A stretch of 64,000 nt of DNA, taken from NCBI GenBank assembly GCA_964594955.1, contig CAZQNK010000002.1, positions 13,037-77,036 of the forward strand, written 5' to 3'. Source of the DNA: an uncultured Clostridia bacterium. GTDB lineage: Bacteria; Bacillota; Clostridia; Christensenellales; Borkfalkiaceae. The position numbers and the translations under genes were made by a program. Below the pieces are notes generated by a model. The model ran no database searches, was not told the origin of the DNA, and was given only the letters and a program-made list of their open reading frames with translations. Shown piece by piece: positions 44,205-53,168 of the stretch (positions are counted from its first letter, which is position 1; each line of letters opens with the position of its first letter).

Positions 44205-44254
44205 CCGAAAAAAGCGCGCGGCGCGACGATGTATTGCGCAGTTTTTCAGCCGCG
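44205..44254. repeat. 50-nt direct repeat, copy 2 (overlaps the lysS stop codon)
   Basis: ccgaaaaaagcgcgcggcgcgacgatgtattgcgcagtttttcagccgcg. It differs from copy 1 by one substitution and one 1-nt indel. Confidence 0.85.
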
Positions 44255-45769
44255 CGACTTAGGTTTCATCGTGGGGAACAATATTACATCCCTAATCGTC
44301 GCGCTGTCGGTTAAAAGCATGACGAGCCTGTCCACGCCGAAGCCAAGCCCGCCCGTGGGGGGCATACCGTATTCGAGAGCGGTAATAAATTCTTCGTCGA
44401 CCTGCGCGTTGCAATCCTTTTCCTGCGCGCGCTTTTCCTGAACCTGCTTCACGAAACGCTGTTTCTGGTCGATAGGGTCGTTGAGCTCGGAAAAGGCGTT
44501 GCCGTGCTCGTGACCGCAAATAAAGTATTCGAAACGCTGCGTAAACAAGGGATCGTCCTCCTTGCGCTTTGCAAGGGGAGAATTTTCTACGGGATAATCG
44601 TAAATGAAAGTGGGCTGTACAAGCTTCTCTTCGCAGAATTCGTCAAAGAGCGCAATAAGAACGTGCCCCTTGGTGGCTTCTTCGCCTTCGGGAACGTTGA
44701 CGCCGAGCTTCTTTGCGCACTCGCGCGCGGCTGCGTCGTCCGCCCAGCCGTCATAATCCGCGCCCGAAAACTTTTTAACCGCCTCTTTCATGGTCATTCT
44801 TGCCCAAGGCGCGCCTAAGTGCAGCTGCGTTCCCTGATAGGTAATATCCGTAGTGCCGCACACGTTTTTTGCGACGGTAGTATACAAATCTTCGACAAGC
44901 TGCATCATGGCATGGTAGTCGCAGTACGCCTGATAGACCTCCACCGAGGTAAATTCGGGGTTATGATAGGCGTCCATGCCCTCGTTGCGGAAAATTCTTC
45001 CGACCTCGTAAACGCGTTCCAGACCCCCTACTATGAGGCGTTTTAAGTACAATTCCGTCTCTATTCTGAGGTACATGTCGATAGAAAGCGCGTTGTGTTT
45101 AGTTTTGAACGGGCGCGCCGACGCGCCTATTTCAATAGAGTTGAGAACGGGGGTATCCACTTCCAAAAAGTTTCTGCCGTCCAAAAAGGCGCGGATCTCT
45201 TTGAGTATCTGCGAGCGCTTTATAAACGTGTTTTTAACTTCGGGATTGACTATTAAATCGAGATCGCGCTGGCGGTAACGGATATCCGTATTTGTCAGCC
45301 CGTGCTGTTTTTCGGGAAGGGGCAGAAGGCACTTCGTCAACATTTCTATATGGGTGCAGTGCACGGAAATTTCACCCGTCTGCGTCTTGAAAACATAGCC
45401 GCGTACGCCAATAATGTCGCCGAGGTCGTAATCCTTTTTAAATGCGGCGTAATCGTCCTCTCCGACGTCGTCGCGGCGGACGTAAATCTGAATTTGTCCT
45501 TCCCTGTCCTGCAAGTGCGAAAACGAAGCCTTGCCCATTATTCTTCTGGACATAAGCCTGCCCGCAAGCGAAACTTCCTTGCCTTCAAGCCCGTCAAAAT
45601 TGCCTTTGACGTCCGCCGAGCTATGCGTCTGCACGTAGGAAGTTTTGACGAAAGGGTTATTGCCCTCCGCCGTAAGTTTATTCAGTTTTTCGCGCCTTAT
45701 TTGCGCCTGTTCGGCAAGACGTTCGGCTTCCTCCGCCTCGGTAAGGGGTGTGGTGGTATTCTGTTCCAT
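44246..45769 (-). CDS. lysS: lysine--tRNA ligase (class II)
   Basis: 507 aa. OB-fold N-domain, motif 2 region FRNEGMDAYHNPEFTSVE, motif 3 GGLGFGVDRLVMLL. Confidence 0.95.
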   Translation of the reverse strand: MEQNTTTPLTEAEEAERLAEQAQIRREKLNKLTAEGNNPFVKTSYVQTHSSADVKGNFDGLEGKEVSLAGRLMSRRIMGKASFSHLQDREGQIQIYVRRDDVGEDDYAAFKKDYDLGDIIGVRGYVFKTQTGEISVHCTHIEMLTKCLLPLPEKQHGLTNTDIRYRQRDLDLIVNPEVKNTFIKRSQILKEIRAFLDGRNFLEVDTPVLNSIEIGASARPFKTKHNALSIDMYLRIETELYLKRLIVGGLERVYEVGRIFRNEGMDAYHNPEFTSVEVYQAYCDYHAMMQLVEDLYTTVAKNVCGTTDITYQGTQLHLGAPWARMTMKEAVKKFSGADYDGWADDAAARECAKKLGVNVPEGEEATKGHVLIALFDEFCEEKLVQPTFIYDYPVENSPLAKRKEDDPLFTQRFEYFICGHEHGNAFSELNDPIDQKQRFVKQVQEKRAQEKDCNAQVDEEFITALEYGMPPTGGLGFGVDRLVMLLTDSATIRDVILFPTMKPKSRG

Positions 45770-45777
45770 AAAATTCC

Positions 45778-46248
45778 TTAATTAATTTTTAAAATTTTGA
45801 GCTCATATTCCGAACCGTCGGGGCATTTCACGGTTACGACGTCGCCTACGCGCTTTCTTAAAAGAGCCGCGCCCGCGGGCGATTCAACGGAAATTTTTCC
45901 GTTCATGACGTCAACGTCGGTTACCGAAGTAACGGTATACGTGGCTTCTTCGCCCATTTCTTCGTCGTAAACGGTGACAACGCTGTTGAGATGGACATAG
46001 CTGTTATCCGTAACTTCCGAACGGATATCCGCGTTTTTGATTTTGTATTCTATTTCTGCAATCTTGCCCTCGTTAGAGCGTTGCTCTTCTCGCGCGGCGT
46101 CATATTCTGCGTTTTCCGAAAGGTCGCCGTGACTGCGCGCCTCGGCAATGCGCTCTATAATTTCGGGACGTTTGACTTTTACGAGATAATCCAACTCCTT
46201 TTTCAGATCGTCGTAATTCTTTTGCGTCATTACAATGAGTTCTGCCAT
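45778..46248 (-). CDS. greA: transcription elongation factor GreA
   Basis: 156 aa. ARSHGDLSENAEYDAAREEQ coiled-coil tip motif. 8 nt upstream of lysS. Confidence 0.93.
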   Translation of the reverse strand: MAELIVMTQKNYDDLKKELDYLVKVKRPEIIERIAEARSHGDLSENAEYDAAREEQRSNEGKIAEIEYKIKNADIRSEVTDNSYVHLNSVVTVYDEEMGEEATYTVTSVTDVDVMNGKISVESPAGAALLRKRVGDVVTVKCPDGSEYELKILKIN

Positions 46249-46310
46249 AATAACCTCTTTTATATTTATTGCGGCTGTCCGCCGAAAATTATTTCCCGTT
46301 AACGGAAAAT

Positions 46311-46336
46311 AAACAAAAGCGCGAACGCTTTTGTTT
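46311..46336 (-). terminator. hairpin after the aminotransferase gene
   Basis: aaacaaaagcg-cgaa-cgcttttgttt, an 11-bp stem. A T-rich run follows on the minus strand. Confidence 0.45.
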
Positions 46337-46411
46337 GCTCAGCCAGCTTACACTTGGCTTTAAAGCCCGTTTGATTTACATTATTATATATAATAAATTG
46401 CGGTTTGTCAA

Positions 46412-47584
46412 TTAAACTGACAAACCGTGCAAAAATTTCTCTATTCTGTCCGCCGCCTCGGCAAGCTGTTGCATGGAAGTGGCGTAAGAGCACCTTACAA
46501 AATACTTGCCCGCCGAACCGAAAGCGTCGCCGGGGACGACCGCAACCTTTTCCCGTTCAAGAAGCAGATTTGCAAACTGTTCGCCGTCCAACCCCGTGGA
46601 TTGGACCGAAGCGAATATATAAAACGCGCCCTTTGGCATGAAACACTTCAATCCGAGGCCGTTGAAAGCGCCCGCAAGAAATTTTCCCCGCCTTTCGTAT
46701 TCCTCGCGCATGTCCTCCACCGTGGAAAAGCCGTCCGTAAAGCCCTCTTTAAGGGCGCAGACGGCGGCGCGCTGACTCATTTGCGGCGCGCACAAAATGG
46801 TGTATTGATGTATTTTGAACATTGCGTTGTCAATTTCCGCAGGGGCGCACACAAAGCCCACGCGCCAGCCCGTCATGGCGAACGCCTTGGAAAAGCCCCC
46901 TATATATACCGTTCTTTCCGCCATATCGCCTATTGAGGCGATTGAAGCGTGCCGGCCCGTGTAGGTTAATTCGCAATAAATTTCGTCGGATATGACAAGC
47001 AGATCATGCTTTTTAATCACGGGAATAATAGCTTCAAGCTGTCCGCGCGTCATAATTGCGCCCGTGGGGTTGTTGGGATAGGGCAAAATAAGCGACTTCG
47101 TCCTTTCCGTTATTGCGCTTTCAAGTATTTCGGGCGTGAGAATGAAGTCGTTGTCCGCCGTACATTTTACGGGCACGGGCGTGCCGCCCGCAAGCGTGAC
47201 CGTGGGGGAATAGGAAACGTAGGAGGGCTCGGGCACAAGCACTTCGTCGCCCTCTTCGCAGGTGGCGCGGAGGGCAAGATCTATCGCCTCGCTTGCGCCC
47301 ACGGTGATAATGGTGCGGTCGGCGGGATAATTCACCCCGAACCGCTCCGAAAGATAGCGGGAGATAAGCTCTCTCAGTTCGGGCAGACCGCGGTTGCCCG
47401 TATACTGCGTATACCCCTTGCGGATACTGCGAATGGCGGCGTCGCGGACGTTCCAGGGCGTGACGAAATCGGGCTCGCCCACGCCGAGGGAAATGGCGCC
47501 CTCCATACGCTGGACAATATCAAAAAATTTTCTTATGCCGCTGGGCTGTAAAGCCGCGGCTTTTTTGCTTACGAAATTTCTCAT
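46412..47584 (-). CDS. class I/II pyridoxal-phosphate aminotransferase (AspB/PatA-like)
   Basis: 390 aa. LGVGEPDF, NNPTG, and the PLP-Lys motif GGFSKAFAMTGWRVG. Confidence 0.88.
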   Translation of the reverse strand: MRNFVSKKAAALQPSGIRKFFDIVQRMEGAISLGVGEPDFVTPWNVRDAAIRSIRKGYTQYTGNRGLPELRELISRYLSERFGVNYPADRTIITVGASEAIDLALRATCEEGDEVLVPEPSYVSYSPTVTLAGGTPVPVKCTADNDFILTPEILESAITERTKSLILPYPNNPTGAIMTRGQLEAIIPVIKKHDLLVISDEIYCELTYTGRHASIASIGDMAERTVYIGGFSKAFAMTGWRVGFVCAPAEIDNAMFKIHQYTILCAPQMSQRAAVCALKEGFTDGFSTVEDMREEYERRGKFLAGAFNGLGLKCFMPKGAFYIFASVQSTGLDGEQFANLLLEREKVAVVPGDAFGSAGKYFVRCSYATSMQQLAEAADRIEKFLHGLSV

Positions 47585-47641
47585 AATATACGGTTAAATG
47601 CGGCATATTGCCGCGCCTTTCGTTTTTAAACGCCCGACTTT

Positions 47642-48133
47642 TCAGGCCTGAATACTCAAGCGGTTTTCGCCGTCGTCCCTGACCATGCGCGCGCCCTCTA
47701 CCTTGTATTTTTTGAGTATGAAGTGGGTTGCGGTGGACAGAACGCTGTCAAACGTGGAAATTTTTTCCGAGACGAAGCGCGAGACTTCGCGCAGGGATTT
47801 GCACTCTACTATAACGGCGAGGTCGTACGCGCCGCTCATGAGGTAGAGGTTCTTTACCTCGTCGTGAGAGGCAACCTCCTCCGCAATGGCGTCGAAGCCC
47901 GCTCCGCGTTGGGGAGTAACTTTAACTTCGATAAGCGCTTCAACCGTTTCCTCGTCAAAGAAATCCGCGTTTACGATTGCCGTATATTTGACGATAGCGC
48001 CCTTATCTTCCAGCGCGCGGACGCGTTTTTCAATCGCATTTTCGTCCTTGCCGAGCGCCGCCGCCAACTTTTTGGGCGTTAAGCGCGAATCTTCCGACAG
48101 CAATGCAAGTATGTCTTTATCAAGTTTATCCAT
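47642..48133 (-). CDS. Lrp/AsnC family transcriptional regulator
   Basis: 163 aa. N-terminal HTH MDKLDKDILALLSEDSRLTPKKLAAALG plus a RAM/ACT-like C-domain. Commonly paired with an aminotransferase. Confidence 0.88.
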   Translation of the reverse strand: MDKLDKDILALLSEDSRLTPKKLAAALGKDENAIEKRVRALEDKGAIVKYTAIVNADFFDEETVEALIEVKVTPQRGAGFDAIAEEVASHDEVKNLYLMSGAYDLAVIVECKSLREVSRFVSEKISTFDSVLSTATHFILKKYKVEGARMVRDDGENRLSIQA

Positions 48134-48224
48134 AAAAGCCTCCGCAATATAACCTGTTTATTAATTAATTTTAACTTTTTTTACTGCGTTTGTCAATACA
48201 AATTTAAAAACGTTTGCATATGGC

Positions 48225-48509
48225 TTGGAATTTTATTATAATTATTCTATGTTCAGAATTTGGGCGAAAGTGATTCGCGACGGAAAAATAATCAAACAAG
48301 TAAACTATGAACGCGCGGAAAAGTTTGCGTATTCGGAATTTTTTCACTATCTTGCGGACATCTGCGAGGAGCTTGATATAGCCACGCCCATACTTTTGAA
48401 GACGCATATTTTCAATTATGCGAAGTTTAACGCGGTGCGTTTTTTGCCGCGTGATTTTGCGGAACCGCCCGAATTTGACAAACTTGTGCTTGAAAACGTC
48501 GTCGTTTAG
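48225..48509 (+). CDS. hypothetical small protein
   Basis: 94 aa with coding-like composition (the start may be MFRIWAKV at 48249). A good terminator follows at 48672-48706. I recognise no family. Confidence 0.5.
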   Translation: MEFYYNYSMFRIWAKVIRDGKIIKQVNYERAEKFAYSEFFHYLADICEELDIATPILLKTHIFNYAKFNAVRFLPRDFAEPPEFDKLVLENVVV

Positions 48510-48541
48510 AATAATTAAAAATTAGCGCCCTCCCGCAATAT

Positions 48542-48671
48542 TGTCATTCAGGGCTTGCCGAGAAATCCCCCGTACCGTCATTACGTGCGGAGCGCGTAGC
48601 TGTGCCCCTTCTGTCATTCCGAACAAAGCGCGGAGCCGAGGAATCCCCGTACCGTCATTCCAAACGTGCGC
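48542..48671. repeat. array of four degenerate REP/MITE-like forward units
   Basis: tgtcattcagggc.., gtcattacgtgcgg.., tgtcattccgaacaaagcgcggagccgaggaatcccc, gtcattccaaacg... Confidence 0.7.
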
Positions 48672-48706
48672 AAAGCGCGGACTTTTTTGAAAAGTCCGCG
48701 CTTTTT
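48672..48706 (+). terminator. intrinsic terminator
   Basis: aaagcgcggactttt-ttg-aaaagtccgcgcttt followed by TT (the stem's own T-run plus a T-tract). Confidence 0.6.
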
Positions 48707-48779
48707 CAATTTGAAAATAAATATAATTAATCTACTACTATAATGTCCTGCGCATTATTCGCTATTTTAATAATTAAGG

Positions 48780-49202
48780 TTATTGATGTATTATTATAAC
48801 TAAAAGAAGTACCGCCTGTATATCCGCAGACTCGTTTGCCTTGTTTACGATGTTCACAAAAGTAGGTATCAGTACCGCCGCAAGTATCGCTATTACCGCA
48901 ATCACTATTACAAGCTCTACTATCGTGAAGCCTTTCCTTTTGGGAAAAATAAATATTTCATTAAAAAAATCCCATACTGACTGTATGAGATTTTCCTGTA
49001 ATTTATGCACGTTTTTGTTGATTGTTTTGGGGATATTCGGGGGTGTATACGCTCTTTTTGATTTTAACCTTCTTTCGTTTTTATGTTTCGGATCGCCTGT
49101 CGCGTACCGAAGTTTTCTTGCCGTTTGCGGCGCGGCGGCGCTGTTCGATTTATATTCTTTGCTGGTTTTCAGACCGTACAGGGGACTGAAATAACTATTC
49201 AA
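48780..49202 (-). CDS. atypical prepilin-motif ORF (possibly a degenerate or truncated pilin gene)
   Basis: 140-aa ORF. KRKG|FTIVELVIVIAVIAILAAVLIPTFVNIVNKANESA begins only at aa 87, and the ORF stops about 15 aa later. There is no ATG/GTG/TTG just before the motif. The ORF's ATG overlaps the upstream stop (ATGAATAG). Confidence 0.35.
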   Translation of the reverse strand: MNSYFSPLYGLKTSKEYKSNSAAAPQTARKLRYATGDPKHKNERRLKSKRAYTPPNIPKTINKNVHKLQENLIQSVWDFFNEIFIFPKRKGFTIVELVIVIAVIAILAAVLIPTFVNIVNKANESADIQAVLLLVIIIHQ

Positions 49203-50166
49203 AGGAAATATGCAGGCTTGCGCCCGTAGCGGCGTCCTGATACATCACCCAATAACCGCCGCCCGTCCCGTCGGGTGAAGCGGGAATATACCCTGCCATG
49301 CCCGCCATGCTTTCGGGAGGACGGCCGCTTGTCTTTGCGGGCACGCCGTAACAAATATATTGCGGTTTACCCCCTGAATATATCACGCCGAACACATAAA
49401 AGGCGTCCCCGCCGTAGCTTATGCGCACCCAGCGTGAATTTTCAACCGTGCGGCACAGCGCTTCCTCCGCAGGATAGGAGGAAAGCAACCCCTCTATTTC
49501 GTCCTTCATTTTTTCGTAGAACCCTCCGCGCGCCAACACATCTGACTGAACGCCGCCCTGCGGCTTTGCTCCCTGCCCCGAACCTTCCGCGTCCGCGCTT
49601 TCTACACCGCTTTGCCCTTCTTCGAAAGAGCCAGCAGTCTGCGCATCCTCAAAAGCCGTGCGCCCGACCTCTTCTTTTTCTTTATCTTCGCATACAGCCC
49701 CACCGTTTTTATCAGTTTCTGCGTATTCATAATAATTTTCCTCCGCTATCGCCTCGTCCTCGTATTCGCCCTCGGCGGGCCGTCCGCGCTTTAAAACGCC
49801 TTCCTCACGCTCCACAAACTCCTTTAACCCCGCTGCGGCGGCGTGGAAACTGCCGCATATTGCCGAGGCAACGGGAAAAACTCCGCCGTTCACATAAAAA
49901 ATGCAGGCGGCGAACCCGCAGGATGGATTTACCTTGCTTTCGCCCTCGAAAAAGCAATTTTCCACGAGAACGCAGTCCGTACCGTCCGACAGCGCGGCGA
50001 CGTACCTGCCCTCGGACAACGGCGCGAAATTTATGAGGGAAACTTCTATTTTCAAAGCCGAACCGTACTTTTCCGCGCGGACAAGCCCCGAAAGATTGCC
50101 GCCGTCTGCCGAAAAGCCGTCCTTCAAACCCCTTATAACCGCTATATTTTTAGTGTAACCGCCCAT
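49195..50166 (-). CDS. hypothetical protein with a central acidic low-complexity linker
   Basis: 323 aa. The N-terminal domain (about 110 aa) and the C-terminal domain (FYVFGVIYSGGKPQYICYGVPA...GGYWVMYQDAATG) look globular. The opposite-strand ORF is Arg/Pro-rich junk. Confidence 0.65.
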   Translation of the reverse strand: MGGYTKNIAVIRGLKDGFSADGGNLSGLVRAEKYGSALKIEVSLINFAPLSEGRYVAALSDGTDCVLVENCFFEGESKVNPSCGFAACIFYVNGGVFPVASAICGSFHAAAAGLKEFVEREEGVLKRGRPAEGEYEDEAIAEENYYEYAETDKNGGAVCEDKEKEEVGRTAFEDAQTAGSFEEGQSGVESADAEGSGQGAKPQGGVQSDVLARGGFYEKMKDEIEGLLSSYPAEEALCRTVENSRWVRISYGGDAFYVFGVIYSGGKPQYICYGVPAKTSGRPPESMAGMAGYIPASPDGTGGGYWVMYQDAATGASLHISFE

Positions 50167-50324
50167 AACCCGCCTTTTTGCGGCGCGTTAAGCCCCGCCG
50201 CGATAATCTTTACATTATTATATTGCCTTACGGACGGGGAAATTATAAAACATTCTGTAAAAAAATAAATTTTTTTGGTGTATTGTTTCAGAGAATTATT
50301 TCGGTAAATTTTTACTTTATTCGC

Positions 50325-50353
50325 TTGATTTTTAAGCAAATTACATATATAAT
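50325..50353 (+). promoter_or_regulatory. sigma-A-type promoter candidate for the PEPCK gene
   Basis: TTGATT (50325-50330), 17-nt spacer, TATAAT (50348-50353). AAGGAG SD at 50381-50386. Confidence 0.5.
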
Positions 50354-50391
50354 GATATGCGTAAAAATTTTGATTTTTTTAAGGAGTTACT

Positions 50392-52206
50392 ATGGCAGTG
50401 ACAAAAAACAAGAAAATTCTTGACTTCGTCCAGGAGAGCGCAGATCTCGCACAACCCGATAAAATCGTATGGATAGACGGCGGCGAAGAACAGCTTAACG
50501 CGCTCAAAGCCGAGGCGGTAAAGAGCGGAGAACTCATTAAGCTCAATGAAAACCTTCTGCCCGACTGTTATCTTCACCGCACGAAGGTAAACGACGTTGC
50601 ACGCGTTGAGGACAGAACTTTCATATGCACCAAAAATAAGGAGGACGCCGGCCCCATCAACTATTGGATGGATCCCAAAATGGCTTACGAACTTTGCAAC
50701 GAGATTGCCCGCGGCAGCATGAAGGGCAGAACGATGTACGTTATTCCCTATTCCATGGGCGTCGTCGGCAGCGACTTTGCCAAATACGGCATCGAAGTTA
50801 CCGATTCTATATACGTCGTACTCAACATGAACATCATGACGCGCGTAGGCAAGCGGGTTCTCGACGAACTCGGCAAAGACGGCGACTTTATCAAGGGCTT
50901 CCACGCCAAATGCGACGTTGACGCCGAAAAGAGATACATTATGCACTTCCCCGAGGACAATACGATTATTTCCGTAAACTCGGCTTACGGCGGAAACGTG
51001 CTTTTAGGCAAAAAGTGCTTTGCGTTGCGCATTGCTTCATACCTCGGCAAGAACGAAGGCTGGATGGCGGAACACATGCTTATCCTCGGCGTAACTTTCC
51101 CCAACGGCGAAAAGAAGTACGTTGCGGCGGCGTTCCCTTCGGCATGCGGCAAGACCAACCTTGCAATGCTTATTCCCCCCAAACACTATCTTGACAGGGG
51201 ATATAAAATCGAAACCGTCGGAGACGATATTGCCTGGATAAGAGTGGGCGAGGACGGCAGACTTTGGGCGGTTAACCCCGAAAACGGATTCTTCGGCGTT
51301 GCCCCCGGCACAAACGAACATTCCAACTACAATGCGCTTGAATCCACAAAGCGCGGAACGATATTCACAAACGTGGCTTTGAACACCGACGACATGACCG
51401 TTTGGTGGGAAGGACTTTCGAAAGATCTGCCCCAAAACTGCATCGATTGGACGGGCAAGCCCTGGAACCCCGCAAAATTCGACAAAAAGGATAAATCCAC
51501 CTGCGCGGCACATCCCAATTCACGTTTCACCGCACCCGCAGTAAACTGCCCCTGCGTTTCGCCCGAATTCAACTCCAAAAAGGGCGTACCCCTTTCGGCG
51601 ATTATCTTCGGCGGCAGACGCGCTTCCACAACTCCGCTTGTATACGAAGCAAGGGATTGGAACCACGGCGTGTTTATCGGCTCGGCAATGTCGTCCGAAA
51701 CGACTGCCGCGGCGGCGGGCGCAGTAGGCGTGCTCCGTCACGACCCCATGGCAATGAAGCCTTTTGCGGGTTATCATATGGGCGATTACTTTGCGCATTG
51801 GATTGAAATGGGCACCAAGATTGCCCATCCCCCCAAGATTTTCAATGTAAACTGGTTCCGCACCGACGCGGACGGAAACTTCATGTGGCCCGGCTTCGGC
51901 GACAACATGCGCGTTCTTGAATGGATTTTGAAGCGTTGCGACGAAAACCCTGTCGAAGCCGAAGAAACGGCTATCGGCTACGTTCCCAAGGCCGAGGATA
52001 TCGATATTTCCGAACTCGACTATGAAATCAGCAAGGGTAGGAAGTTCGATATCGAAGCTTTGAAAGAGATACTTTCCGTCGATAAAGAGAAGTGGGCAAA
52101 GGAAGCGGAAGAGATTGAAAACTACTACAACGGCACGATAAAGACCCGTATACCCAAGGAACTTTGGGATAATCTTGAAACTTTGAAAAAGAATTGCTCA
52201 AAATAA
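50392..52206 (+). CDS. pckG: phosphoenolpyruvate carboxykinase (GTP)
   Basis: 604 aa. FPSACGKTNLAML kinase-1a P-loop, and the length and N-terminal pattern of GTP-type PEPCK. Confidence 0.93.
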   Translation: MAVTKNKKILDFVQESADLAQPDKIVWIDGGEEQLNALKAEAVKSGELIKLNENLLPDCYLHRTKVNDVARVEDRTFICTKNKEDAGPINYWMDPKMAYELCNEIARGSMKGRTMYVIPYSMGVVGSDFAKYGIEVTDSIYVVLNMNIMTRVGKRVLDELGKDGDFIKGFHAKCDVDAEKRYIMHFPEDNTIISVNSAYGGNVLLGKKCFALRIASYLGKNEGWMAEHMLILGVTFPNGEKKYVAAAFPSACGKTNLAMLIPPKHYLDRGYKIETVGDDIAWIRVGEDGRLWAVNPENGFFGVAPGTNEHSNYNALESTKRGTIFTNVALNTDDMTVWWEGLSKDLPQNCIDWTGKPWNPAKFDKKDKSTCAAHPNSRFTAPAVNCPCVSPEFNSKKGVPLSAIIFGGRRASTTPLVYEARDWNHGVFIGSAMSSETTAAAAGAVGVLRHDPMAMKPFAGYHMGDYFAHWIEMGTKIAHPPKIFNVNWFRTDADGNFMWPGFGDNMRVLEWILKRCDENPVEAEETAIGYVPKAEDIDISELDYEISKGRKFDIEALKEILSVDKEKWAKEAEEIENYYNGTIKTRIPKELWDNLETLKKNCSK

Positions 52207-52368
52207 GCGTTCCATAAGCGTTCCGCTTAATCAAAGTATCTTTATTGCGTGCGCTCTTGTTTGGGTTTCGCTCCAATCAATAAGCGTTCCGCTTAATCAA
52301 AATATCTTTTTAGCGTAATTAGCAGTCTCGGTCTAACGCACGTCAAACAAAGGCGTTCCGCTTAAACC
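52203..52368. repeat. 30-nt direct repeats with 36-40-nt spacers (2 full copies and 2 partial)
   Basis: ataagcgttccgcttaatcaaagtatcttt (52214-52243) and ataagcgttccgcttaatcaaaatatcttt (52280-52309). Partial copies at 52203-52213 and 52350-52368. Confidence 0.8.
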
Positions 52369-52566
52369 GTACTTCCATAGGAAAATTTACCGCAGAAAAG
52401 AATATAAATACAGCGCGCTATACCTGCAAATAAGGTAAGCGCGCTTTTGGTTGTTCCCATAGGAAAATTTTTTACGGTAACATAAGTGCGTCTAATATTT
52501 GATTTATTCATTTGATTATCGTATAATAACGGAACGATAAACAGTAATTTAGCGGAGGATTGTAGT

Positions 52567-53019
52567 ATGAAAAAGAAATTATCTATATTTGTGTCTTTTT
52601 TATTCCTAATAATATTATCATTGATATTGACGGCGTGCGGCTCTACCAAAGCAAAAACATACGGCATAGTTGCAAGCATTGGTTTGCCAGAAGATAATGA
52701 CGTTTACGGCGTTTACAATTCAATTCATTCCGACACAACGACGCTTGAAGAAAACGATTATGTTTTGGAAGAAAGTAAAACTTACCATATCTTGGTTGGC
52801 TATTCTGCCGGCGGCGGTAGTCAATACCCCGTAATTAATAATCCCGAAAGCGTTGTCTTCAAATATGATACCGACGCTTTGGAAATTCAATCTGTAACTC
52901 CAAACGACGGAGAAATAAAGCATTATGCTTTGGTTTGTAAAAAAGCAATACGGTATTCGGCTATTTTAATAGAACTTGATGAATATTCTTATACTATAAT
53001 CGTAAGTACAAATCAGTAA
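52567..53019 (+). CDS. small lipoprotein, unknown function
   Basis: 150 aa. MKKKLSIFVSFLFLIILSLILTA|C lipobox (Cys24). GGAGG SD. The gene looks clearly more AT-rich than neighbouring genes. Confidence 0.7.
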   Translation: MKKKLSIFVSFLFLIILSLILTACGSTKAKTYGIVASIGLPEDNDVYGVYNSIHSDTTTLEENDYVLEESKTYHILVGYSAGGGSQYPVINNPESVVFKYDTDALEIQSVTPNDGEIKHYALVCKKAIRYSAILIELDEYSYTIIVSTNQ

Positions 53020-53168
53020 TATAAATTTCGGTTTATCGGGCAATTATAAAAAGAGAAGATTTGATATGCACCCCAAAAGTATTTAACTTATGGAGTGCAT
53101 ATCAAAATTTATCACTTTATTGCGCGTTTTTTTCGGCGCGCCTTATTACGTCCGTCGGGAGCGCGCCG

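Noticed and set aside
45770-46411. T-box or L-box leader upstream of lysS
   Set aside because: lysS starts 8 nt after greA, so there is no room for a leader. The 163-nt region upstream of greA shows only a promoter-like AT tract and the terminator of the aminotransferase gene.
49275-50036. 253-aa plus-strand ORF opposite the 323-aa hypothetical gene
   Set aside because: The product is extremely Arg/Pro-rich (RRPRRSLCAPS...), typical of an out-of-frame antisense reading. The minus-strand product has globular-looking end domains.
50341-50946. 201-aa minus-strand ORF overlapping the 5' part of the PEPCK gene (also 51037-51513, 51327-51629, 51520-51828)
   Set aside because: PEPCK on the plus strand is certain. 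These are antisense artefacts.
52203-52368. Possible CRISPR array
   Set aside because: There are only two full 30-nt repeats plus fragments. I see no repeat-internal palindrome, no cas genes in 64 kb and no leader-like AT tract pattern. It is kept as a repeat finding only.
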